Source: Xanthobacteraceae bacterium (lineage in GTDB: Bacteria; Pseudomonadota; Alphaproteobacteria; Rhizobiales; Xanthobacteraceae). From it: DNA of 64,000 bases. The DNA lies in the NCBI GenBank assembly GCA_036264635.1, contig DATAQN010000250.1:4730-68729 (forward strand), written 5' to 3'. Position numbers and translations under genes: made by a program. Each line of letters opens with the position of its first letter. Within the stretch, counting starts at the first letter, position 1. This document shows, one piece after another, positions 9,710 through 17,513 of the stretch. The notes under the pieces are model-generated. The model was not told where the DNA came from. It saw nothing but the letters and a program-made list of their open reading frames with translations, and did not search any database.

Positions 9710-9917
9710 CGGAATGCGCCACCACCGAGTGTCCCGATTTCCGAAGCTCGCATATCCTCGCGGCTGGCGCGAATTTCGGAATCAGGCAGACACTAGCAAA
9801 TGCACCGTTCCAGTGCGGTCTTGGAATTTGAAGTTCCTAGGCAAAAATTCCGGTTAAGCCACAGGAATTTCAAGTCCTGTCGCCCAGGCTTGGAACGACC
9901 CTAATAACACAGATCGC

Positions 9918-10349
9918 TTATGCAACAGGCGCCAGCGCCGAGCGGGCATCGGCGCGAATCCGTTCCACCATGGAACGGAAACCGTTCGAGCGCTGCGGCG
10001 TCAGGTGTTCCTTGAGCCCGAGTCCTTCGAACAGTTTGACCGCGTCGGTGGCGAGAATGTGCTTTGCGGTGCGGCCTGAATAGGTCGCGAGCAGGATCGC
10101 AATCAAGCCGCGCACGATATGGGCGTCGCTGTCGCCTTCAAAGGTCAGGATCGGGCCGTCCGCGCCGTTTGGACGCACCGTGGTATCGAGCCAGACCTGG
10201 CTGGCGCAGCCTTGGACCTTGTTGGCGTCATCGTGCGCATCCGCCGACAGCGGCGGCAGTTCCCGCCCCAACTCGATCAAATAGCGGTAGCGGTCGTCCC
10301 AATCATCGAGGAACGAGAAATTGTCGGTGATTTCGTCAATCGTAGCCAT
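9918..10349 (-). CDS. sufE: SufE-like cysteine desulfuration (sulfur acceptor) protein
   Basis: MATIDEITDNFSFLDDWDDRYRYLIELG...KVQGCASQVWL contains the conserved Cys motif. The start could alternatively be 10370. Confidence 0.85.
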   Translation of the reverse strand: MATIDEITDNFSFLDDWDDRYRYLIELGRELPPLSADAHDDANKVQGCASQVWLDTTVRPNGADGPILTFEGDSDAHIVRGLIAILLATYSGRTAKHILATDAVKLFEGLGLKEHLTPQRSNGFRSMVERIRADARSALAPVA

Positions 10350-10410
10350 GCGCTCTATATAGAGCGTCAAGGCGTGCGGGTCGACGTGTTTCGGCCGATC
10401 CCAGGCCGCG

Positions 10411-10863
10411 CTAGATGGCGCGCCGACCGTCCTTGCGCTGTGCAGGCCCCCGCCAGGCCGGGGCGAGATCCGTTGAGGTCAGGGTATTCTGGGAGGCACG
10501 ATCGAAGGCGGCACGGTCCATCGCCGGCTTGTCGGACGTGGGCTTATCGAGGAGCGCCTTGCCGAAACGTGAGCCCGCGATCGATCCGGTGCTTTTCGGC
10601 GCCAGCGAGTCGGTCAAGAACTGGTACAGCATCTTGGCACCGGCTTGAGCCTTGTAGCCAAGCTCGCTGGCGACATGCGTGCCCACAGTGCAGGCGTCGG
10701 GTTGGCGTGAGCAGAATTGCCGCAGATCGCCGACGGTGGCGGATGCCGCCGAGATCGCGTCGCCTGCGGCCACGCCATTCGTCTGCTCCGGCTGCGAAGA
10801 CCCGGTCGGCAACAGCATCAGCACAACGCTGAGCCAGAACGCCATGCGCAACAGGAAAAACAT
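10411..10863 (-). CDS. Small exported/membrane protein (DUF5330-like)
   Basis: ATG 10863 gives MFFLLRMAFWLSVVLMLLPTGSS..., a signal/anchor. The family call is from memory only. Confidence 0.6.
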   Translation of the reverse strand: MFFLLRMAFWLSVVLMLLPTGSSQPEQTNGVAAGDAISAASATVGDLRQFCSRQPDACTVGTHVASELGYKAQAGAKMLYQFLTDSLAPKSTGSIAGSRFGKALLDKPTSDKPAMDRAAFDRASQNTLTSTDLAPAWRGPAQRKDGRRAI

Positions 10864-11291
10864 GACACCCACATCCCCGGCGACAGAGATTGTCGCTTGT
10901 GGAGACACGGTAGCAGGCAGCGTTGAAGGCTGCGTTTGATCGCCCGGTACGTTTTTGCGCATAATCGACGAGAATAAGCCGCAAATTTTCGACCAATTTG
11001 AAATAATTTTATTTACCTAAAATTTGAGCGAATGCCGGTTCCGTTGCCGGCCTTTGCGGACTTTTTGCAAGGGCCGATGAATTTGGCGCGCCGATACTGA
11101 AGAATCTCTGGCGCGCCGACTTCGCGCGCCACGGTTGCGGGTCGGAATTTGGCAACGACCCATTCACCATGACGTGGGAATCCATTGCGGCGCTCGCGCA
11201 AGTACGCCCGGCTGCGACCTGGTGACCGGCCGCGGACACGCGGCCTTAGTGTTCGCTTAAGCGGCCTCTGACACGATCCGCGCACAGAAAA

Positions 11292-13211
11292 ATGGGGACG
11301 CGTCTGCACAGCCGGGCGTGCAGTGGGAAATTGGGCCTGTTTGCGCCGATAGGTCTTTATGTCGACACGCTGGTTCATCCGACGGCGCGGCAGGACGTGC
11401 TGACGGCGGCGCGGCATCGCGCCTTCATCGCGCCGCGTCTTCTCGGCAGCATGATCGCGCTGGCCTGTTTCCCGGCCTATCTGCTGGTGCGCGGCGCACC
11501 GAGCGCGATCGAATTATTGGCTTTTGCCTGGCTCCTCGTGCCGATCCTGATCGCCTATTTTCTCTCCCGCACCGGCCGCTATGAGAGCGCGCATATATTG
11601 TCGTCGCTGGCGCTAACCGGCCTGGTTACGGCGGTGGCGGCCTTGACCGGCGGCATCGCCTCGTTTGCGGCGATCTGGCTTGTCGTCGTGCCGCTCGAGG
11701 CGGCGCTTTCGGCCTCGCGCCGCGTGGTCGCAGTCGCCTCGACATTTGCATTGGCCGCCGCCGGGCTTCTGGTGCTGCTCAGCGAGCAGCATCTTTTGCC
11801 GCCGGTGTCGATGAATGCGCCCGCCGCTTTTGCGGCGCTCGGCGTGGTTTCCGCGGCTCTCTACGCAACGGGGCTTGCGCTCGGCGCTGAGGCCCAGGCG
11901 CGCATCAGCTTCTGGCTGCTCTATGCAGAGGAGGACCGTTACCGTCTTCTGGCGCGCAACATCACCGACGTGATCACGCGGCACGACCGCAACGGCGCTG
12001 TGCGCTTTGTTTCGCCGGCGGCCGAAAATCTGTTCGGCGCCCGCGCCGCCATTCTGCACGGTCATGGCCTGTTCGACCGCGTTCATGTTGCCGACCGTCC
12101 GGCCTACCTGACCGCGCTCGGCGATACCGCGGCGCTCGGCGCCACAAGCTCGGTCGAATTCCGCGTGCGCCGCGACAGCACCGATGCCGATGGTCAACCG
12201 GTGCCCGACTTCATCTGGATCGAAATGCGCTGCCGGCCGTTGGACCCGGTGGCGGCCGACACGGCAGCAGAGGGGCACGAAGTGGTTGCGGTGTTGCGCG
12301 ATGTGACCGAGCGCAAAAGGCTGCAACAAGCACAGCTCGATGCGCATGCCGAGGCCGCGCGCGCCAACGACGCCAAGAGCCGTTTCCTCGCCACCATGAG
12401 TCACGAATTGCGCACGCCGCTCAACGCCGTCATCGGTTTTTCCGACATGCTGATGAAGGAAGACGAGCTGATGCTCGACGGCAAGCGCCGCAGCGAATAT
12501 GCCGGCCTCATCAACAATTCCGGCAAGCATCTGCTGTCGGTGGTCAACGGCATTCTCGACATGTCGAAGATCGAGACCGGCAATTTCACGATCACGCCGG
12601 AGCCGTTTGCGCCGTCGCAAGTTGTCGCAAGCTGTTGCGATATTCTGGCATTGCGCGCGGGCGAGGCGGGCGTTCGCCTGGAACGGCGCGCCGGCGCCGA
12701 TCTCCCGGAACTCGTCGCCGACAAGCGCGCTGTCCAACAGATCCTGTTCAACCTCGTTTCCAATGCGATCCGCTTCACCGATCGCGGCGGCACGGTGACT
12801 GTTTGCGCCCGCGCCGAAGCCGCGACGATGACCTTCATCGTCGAGGACGACGGCGTCGGCATCAACGAAGCGGATTTGGCGCGGATCGGCGAGCCGTATT
12901 TCCAAGCCGCCACGTCATATGATCGCCGTCATGGCGGCACGGGTTTGGGGCTTTCCATCGTCAAAGGACTGGTGCGGCTGCACAGCGGCGACATTTCGAT
13001 CCGAAGCCGCATTGGTCAGGGCACGCGGGTGACGGTGCGATTGCCGCTGGATTGTGAGCATGCGCGGGCGAGAACATCCGCCCAGCAACCGGCCGGCGTG
13101 GTGAGTTACCTGGCCGGCGGCACCGTGTCGCAAACGGCGCCTGCCGACGCAGCCGTTGAGGTCATGCTGCGGCTTGAGCCAGAAGACATCGAGGTGAGGA
13201 AAAGTGCCTAA
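11292..13211 (+). CDS. Membrane PAS-domain sensor histidine kinase (PleC/DivJ-type catalytic core)
   Basis: 639 aa. About 5 N-terminal TM helices, a PAS-like segment, the H-box MSHELRTPLNAVIGFSDML, the N-box NLVSNAIRFT, and the G-boxes DDGVGI and GTGLGLSIV. Confidence 0.9.
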   Translation: MGTRLHSRACSGKLGLFAPIGLYVDTLVHPTARQDVLTAARHRAFIAPRLLGSMIALACFPAYLLVRGAPSAIELLAFAWLLVPILIAYFLSRTGRYESAHILSSLALTGLVTAVAALTGGIASFAAIWLVVVPLEAALSASRRVVAVASTFALAAAGLLVLLSEQHLLPPVSMNAPAAFAALGVVSAALYATGLALGAEAQARISFWLLYAEEDRYRLLARNITDVITRHDRNGAVRFVSPAAENLFGARAAILHGHGLFDRVHVADRPAYLTALGDTAALGATSSVEFRVRRDSTDADGQPVPDFIWIEMRCRPLDPVAADTAAEGHEVVAVLRDVTERKRLQQAQLDAHAEAARANDAKSRFLATMSHELRTPLNAVIGFSDMLMKEDELMLDGKRRSEYAGLINNSGKHLLSVVNGILDMSKIETGNFTITPEPFAPSQVVASCCDILALRAGEAGVRLERRAGADLPELVADKRAVQQILFNLVSNAIRFTDRGGTVTVCARAEAATMTFIVEDDGVGINEADLARIGEPYFQAATSYDRRHGGTGLGLSIVKGLVRLHSGDISIRSRIGQGTRVTVRLPLDCEHARARTSAQQPAGVVSYLAGGTVSQTAPADAAVEVMLRLEPEDIEVRKSA

Positions 13212-13845
13212 GCGCCGCAAGACGTCCGTTCCGCTCCACCTGCGCGCAGTCGGCGCCGGCGGTGCGCTGTTGCTCGGCGTTTGCGATAGAGCGGCGCAGC
13301 GGCCGGTCGACTTTGTGGCGATCTCCGTTGCGGTTGCAATGAGCGGGGTCATCCTTGTCAATGCGCTGTACCTGCAGACCGGCTCGCGCTCGGCGTCCTA
13401 TTTTACGCCGCCTGTGGTCACGGCGACCGCTCAGTCCGGCGCCACGGCGAGCGCTTCACCGGGTGCTGCTCAAGTCACCGCCAACCAAGTCACGGCCAAC
13501 CAAGTCACTGCCAACCAAGTCACCGGCACAACGTCGTCAAAGCCAGCCGAGCAGGTCATCGCAACGCGCCCCGTCGCCAGCGCCGCCACCACTGCGCCAC
13601 CGGCGCGGCGCGACGATCCGATCGCCGATCTCATTGCGCCACAGCCGTCACCCAAGGTCACGGCGGTGCAACGCGCCCTGTCGGAATATGGCTATGGCCA
13701 AATCAGGCCGTCCGGCGTTTTGGACCAACCGACAGTTACCGCGATCGAGAGATTCGAGCGCGAGCATAAATTGCCGGTCACTGGGCGCGTTAGCGAGCGC
13801 TTGGTCAGCCAACTCACTGCGCTGGTCGGCCATTCGCTGAACTAG
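13204..13845 (+). CDS. Peptidoglycan-binding (PG_binding_1) domain protein with N-terminal anchor
   Basis: GTG 13204 follows GAGGTGAGGA and overlaps the kinase stop by 8 nt. The C-terminus AVQRALSEYGYGQIRPSGVLDQPTVTAIERFEREHKLPVTGRV is a PG-binding repeat. Confidence 0.8.
   Translation: MPKRRKTSVPLHLRAVGAGGALLLGVCDRAAQRPVDFVAISVAVAMSGVILVNALYLQTGSRSASYFTPPVVTATAQSGATASASPGAAQVTANQVTANQVTANQVTGTTSSKPAEQVIATRPVASAATTAPPARRDDPIADLIAPQPSPKVTAVQRALSEYGYGQIRPSGVLDQPTVTAIERFEREHKLPVTGRVSERLVSQLTALVGHSLN
13474..13524 (+). repeat. In-frame 15-bp tandem repeat, about 3.4 copies (VTANQ)
   Basis: gtcaccgccaaccaa / gtcacggccaaccaa / gtcactgccaaccaa / gtcacc... The copies differ only at a synonymous third position. 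Confidence 0.9.
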
Positions 13846-13919
13846 AGCATGATCCGGAAAAGCATGCCCTTGGACTTGATCCGAGGGTGGACGCCGGTTT
13901 TCCGAAAAGATCACGCTCC
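13844..13919. repeat. REP-like palindromic element, family 1, long form
   Basis: agagcatgatccggaaaag...gccggttttccgaaaagatcacgctcc. The same termini occur at 17017, 28192 and 35775. This copy has a ~30-nt internal segment. Confidence 0.7.
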
Positions 13920-14003
13920 GCTAAAAATTCTTTCCGCCCTTCGCAAAGCGCGATTTCCGTGGTTATGGATTGCGGTGGTCTCTGTTCGCGCCCGGATGTC
14001 GTC

Positions 14004-14348
14004 ATGCGCCTGAAATCCGCATTGTGGGTTGCCGCTTATCTGCGCCGGTGCCAGGTCGAGGGCACGTTCGGCGTGGTGCGACGGCGCGGCGCTGAGGAAG
14101 CCGGCGCGATCTATATCCGCATCGATCGGCTCAACGGCACTTCGGATCTGTTCGCGCCGGCGCCGCAAAGCGAGGTCGATAGCGCCCGCGGCGACCGTTC
14201 CTTTGTTCCATGCCTTGTCGAACGGCCGGCGCCCGACGCGGCCGTCGAAGCCTATCTGGCGCGCGAGATTAAATTCGATCCCGACGTCTGGATCGTCGAG
14301 GTCGAAGACGCCGCGGGGCGGAATTTTTTGGATGTTGTCTCGGGTTGA
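14004..14348 (+). CDS. DUF1491 family protein
   Basis: ATG 14004 gives MRLKSALWVAAYLRRCQVEGTFGVVRRRGAEEAGAIYIRIDRLNG..., which matches my memory of DUF1491. The upstream part of the track ORF is REP element sequence. Confidence 0.7.
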   Translation: MRLKSALWVAAYLRRCQVEGTFGVVRRRGAEEAGAIYIRIDRLNGTSDLFAPAPQSEVDSARGDRSFVPCLVERPAPDAAVEAYLAREIKFDPDVWIVEVEDAAGRNFLDVVSG

Positions 14349-14402
14349 CGCGTTCCGTTCATTTCCGCGCACGCAGGCAGCTTGGGGGCCTCCGCGGGGC
14401 CA

Positions 14403-15488
14403 TCAGGATATTTCGCGGCGATCGCCGGGCGGGCGCGGGGCTGGTGCGCGGCGCACAGTTGCAGTTGCGTTGCGGGCGCGGGAACGCGCTTCCTCGTCCC
14501 GATCTAACAGGCGCTGGGGCAATTGGCTGCGTTCGTTGCTGTGCAGCGCCTGCCAGATCGCGACCACGTTCTCGGCGGCCGGCAGCGTCATCTCATCGAA
14601 CAGAGCTGCGAGCGCGTGCACGCGCGCGACCGAATGACCGATGGTCGGATTGACGAAGAGCAGGATCCGGTAGAGCACGTCGCGCGACATCGCCAGCGCC
14701 TTCGCCGCCGTCACCACCGGCTCGCCAAGATCGTCGCCGGCGATGCGGCGCGCCTGTATGCGCGAGATGCGCAGCGCCGGCGCAAGATGGGCGGCGAAGT
14801 CTTCGCGGTTGCGCGACAGCGCCGCGCTTTCGAGCCGTTGCAGCACGACGGCGTCGCGGCTCAGTGCGACGCGGCCGGCCGGCATCGGCGCGGCGATATG
14901 AAGATTGAGCAGGATCAGGCGGCGTTCTTCGGCGCTGGCGGCAAAGAACTGCTCATTGAGTTCGCTTGCGACTTCAGGGGTGATCATGTCCGGCGCCGTC
15001 GCGGCCGCGGCTGGACGTTCCGGCAACGCGCGCTTCGGCGGCAGCGGGGGTGCGACCGGTGCGGGCACTTCGGGCGGCTTGATCGGATCGGGTCCGCGCG
15101 CTGCGGGTAGGGCAGCAGGCGAGGCGCGCACAGCGGTTGGGGCTGGCGGCGCGGCCGGGCCTTGGCTCTGCTTCGGCTGCAAGACTGGATGCAAGCGCAC
15201 AACAGCTGCAACATCGGGAACATCGCCGGCGAATTTCACCATCACCCGCATCGGTGGAGACAGATGCCGCGCCAACCGCGATGCCACGGCGAGCCGCGTT
15301 GCCACATCGACCGAATCGAGAAGCCGCAGTGCGAGCTCGGTATAGTGGCGCTTTTCCTCGTAGCTGTGGCTCAGTTTCTGGACGTAGAGATCAGTGAGCA
15401 CACGAATAAGCGTCGGCCGCATATCGACCCCATCACGGAACCCGAGCAGCGTCAGATTATCGAAACCCCAAAGGCTACCGCTTTCCAT
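14403..15488 (-). CDS. DUF2336 domain protein
   Basis: 361 aa. The N-terminus RPTLIRVLTDLYVQKLSHSYEEKRHYTELALRLLDSVDVATRLAVASRLA is typical of DUF2336. It has a Pro/Ala-rich linker. Confidence 0.7.
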   Translation of the reverse strand: MESGSLWGFDNLTLLGFRDGVDMRPTLIRVLTDLYVQKLSHSYEEKRHYTELALRLLDSVDVATRLAVASRLARHLSPPMRVMVKFAGDVPDVAAVVRLHPVLQPKQSQGPAAPPAPTAVRASPAALPAARGPDPIKPPEVPAPVAPPLPPKRALPERPAAAATAPDMITPEVASELNEQFFAASAEERRLILLNLHIAAPMPAGRVALSRDAVVLQRLESAALSRNREDFAAHLAPALRISRIQARRIAGDDLGEPVVTAAKALAMSRDVLYRILLFVNPTIGHSVARVHALAALFDEMTLPAAENVVAIWQALHSNERSQLPQRLLDRDEEARSRARNATATVRRAPAPRPPGDRREIS

Positions 15489-15644
15489 ACGCGCCGCTCG
15501 ATCACAACGAAACAGATGATGTGGTCAGCACACTAAATCCTGCACGTTAGCGAGCCGTTAACCTTGGTGCCGCTTAATCTCGGCGATGCCGACGCCCGCT
15601 GATGGGGCGGAACGCACTTTGCAAGCGGCAGAGGAAAACGGCTG

Positions 15645-15839
15645 GTGGGTAACGTCATCAAATTCCCGACCGAGGGGCGCGTGGTGCGTTTCGGGCGTGA
15701 TGCTGCGGAGGAATCCGCAACGATCATCATCTTGCCGGTGATTCGGATCGAGCGTTACATGGATCCGAGGGCCGAGGCCGAACCACAAACACATCCTCCG
15801 GCACAGAACGGTCGCCGTCGACGCATCAGGCGGCGCTGA
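15645..15839 (+). CDS. Small hypothetical protein with poly-Arg tail
   Basis: 64 aa. GTG 15645 follows GAGGAAAA. The ORF ends 12 nt before the next gene. No known domain. Confidence 0.45.
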   Translation: MGNVIKFPTEGRVVRFGRDAAEESATIIILPVIRIERYMDPRAEAEPQTHPPAQNGRRRRIRRR

Positions 15840-15851
15840 ACGGCGCGCCCG

Positions 15852-16646
15852 ATGTCGACGCGCAACCGGTGCCGACGTGATGTGAGACCGGCGGCTTGGG
15901 CCGTTCTCGCATTGCTGGGGCTGTCGGGCTGCTCGAGCATCGGCGATCTCGGCGCGCTGGATCCGCATCCCGTCAACGACGGCATTCATGACTGGGTCGG
16001 CCAGGAGGCTGCGCAGCGCGGCGGCGCGCCGATCTCGGCCTATAATCTGACCGACGACGAACACGCGCTGCGCGATCTCGCTTTTCCGTTAATCGAGCCG
16101 CCCTACGACCGGCAGCGCTGGGATGCCGTCGTCTACGAATGGGGCGACAAGCGCAAATTTCAGCGCGAATTGGCGATCTTCGACCCGACCGCCTATTACG
16201 GCCATCTGCAGGCGCAGCTGTATCGCTCGAGCGCCGCGCGTTACAATCAGATCATCGACGACATCCGCGACGACATCGTGCGGATCGACCCGTTCTTTAT
16301 GACCGCGCGCAAGGTTGCCGATCTCGACCGGCGCCGCCAGACAGCCATGACGCAGGTCCCAAGCCTCAGCGGGATGGAGCGCTTCAACGCCGATGCTCGC
16401 ATCGCCGAGAACAGCCTGACCATCGCCTGGGTTCACGCTTCGCTCAATCAGCGTTGCGCCGGCTACCGCTTCGCCATCGAGCGCATGGCGGTCGCGGAGC
16501 CCGAACTTGCCGCGGGCGAAGCAGACCGGCTGTTGACCGAGCTCACGCAACAGATCGCGGCCAACGAAGTTCAGGTCGTCGAAGCGCCGCGCTTCGCCTA
16601 TGCGTCGGCGCCTGCCGCCGTCATCACGCAGCCGCGGATGCGTTAG
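15852..16646 (+). CDS. Lipoprotein of unknown function
   Basis: 264 aa. Signal peptide with lipobox LLGLSGC. No recognisable domain. Confidence 0.75.
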   Translation: MSTRNRCRRDVRPAAWAVLALLGLSGCSSIGDLGALDPHPVNDGIHDWVGQEAAQRGGAPISAYNLTDDEHALRDLAFPLIEPPYDRQRWDAVVYEWGDKRKFQRELAIFDPTAYYGHLQAQLYRSSAARYNQIIDDIRDDIVRIDPFFMTARKVADLDRRRQTAMTQVPSLSGMERFNADARIAENSLTIAWVHASLNQRCAGYRFAIERMAVAEPELAAGEADRLLTELTQQIAANEVQVVEAPRFAYASAPAAVITQPRMR

Positions 16647-16706
16647 ACCGTCCGCCGCTTGCCGTGCCGGTTTTCCGATTCAGTTGTCAAACAGCGACGC
16701 ATTTTC

Positions 16707-16795
16707 GTAGCCTGGATGGAGCGGAGCGCAATCCGGGAACGACGGTGACGTTGTATAGGCCGCTCCCGGATTACGCTCCGCTCCATCCGGGCTAC
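16707..16795. repeat. Palindromic element, family 2 (32-nt arms, 25-nt spacer)
   Basis: Arm 16707-16738 gtagcctggatggagcggagcgcaatccggga versus arm 16764-16795 tcccggattacgctccgctccatccgggctac. 30 of 32 positions are complementary. Confidence 0.85.
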
Positions 16796-16827
16796 GAAGA
16801 AACAAACCAAAGAAAAAAGAAGGAAGC

Positions 16828-16940
16828 GGAACGCCGACAGACGCAGTGTCTCATGTCCGCACCAGCGGGTGCGGGACGCGCCACAAAGTGCCGGCTTGCG
16901 CCGACCCTCCGCTGCGGGCGCGCTCGCCTGTCGGCGTTCC
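16828..16940. repeat. 113-bp segment bounded by a perfect 13-bp inverted repeat
   Basis: ggaacgccgacag (16828-16840) and ctgtcggcgttcc (16928-16940). The interior is GC-rich with short hairpins. Confidence 0.7.
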
Positions 16941-17016
16941 ACCTACGGTGTCTTCCTGGGGATGTCGGAACATCCTCGTCCAGCTTCAGGCCAGGCATCC
17001 TGGGACGCGGCCGCTT

Positions 17017-17065
17017 GCGCATGATCCGGAAAAGTGGAAGCCGGTTTTCCGATCAGATCATGCGC
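17017..17065. repeat. REP-like palindromic element, family 1, short form
   Basis: gcgcatgatccggaaaagtggaagccggttttccgatcagatcatgcgc, a near-perfect hairpin. Confidence 0.8.
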
Positions 17066-17513
17066 CACCAAGATCCGGCGTTCGCTAGATGGGCGTTACC
17101 CACCCCTACCTGTCCCAGTCCAGAGGCACCCTCGGCCGGCCACGGATTACCGGCGGCATGATGCCCAAAGCCGCCCGGGTGCGGATCGTAACTCCGCCCG
17201 CGGGCACCGCCCTCGCTCCGACCTCCAGGTCTACCTCCCGAAGGCGTCCTTCATGAGCGAGATTGATTCGCACCGGAAGTGTAATCTAAACGGTGACTAT
17301 TGTCAATAAAAAGGGGACAACAGAATTGGAGAGGTGTCTTCGGCGAGTCAATTAAATGCGCTGTCATCGAAATTCGGGTCGCGGAAAATTACGAGTGTCA
17401 GGAATTATGCTACGCGCGCCGGTGTCACTGGGATCGGCACTCCGACCGAATCTTGTCTTGGAAACCTATCAAGATATTGTCGGATAGAAGATAGGAACGA
17501 AGGGCCAAGCGAC

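Noticed and set aside
16139-17161. 340-aa plus-strand ORF running from inside the lipoprotein gene through the repeat pile-up. Related ORFs are 16846-17088 and 17034-17309.
   Set aside because: It is out of frame with the supported lipoprotein CDS, has Arg/Pro-rich junk composition, and its downstream part is simply the translation of REP-like palindromes (DPEKWKPVFRSDHA).
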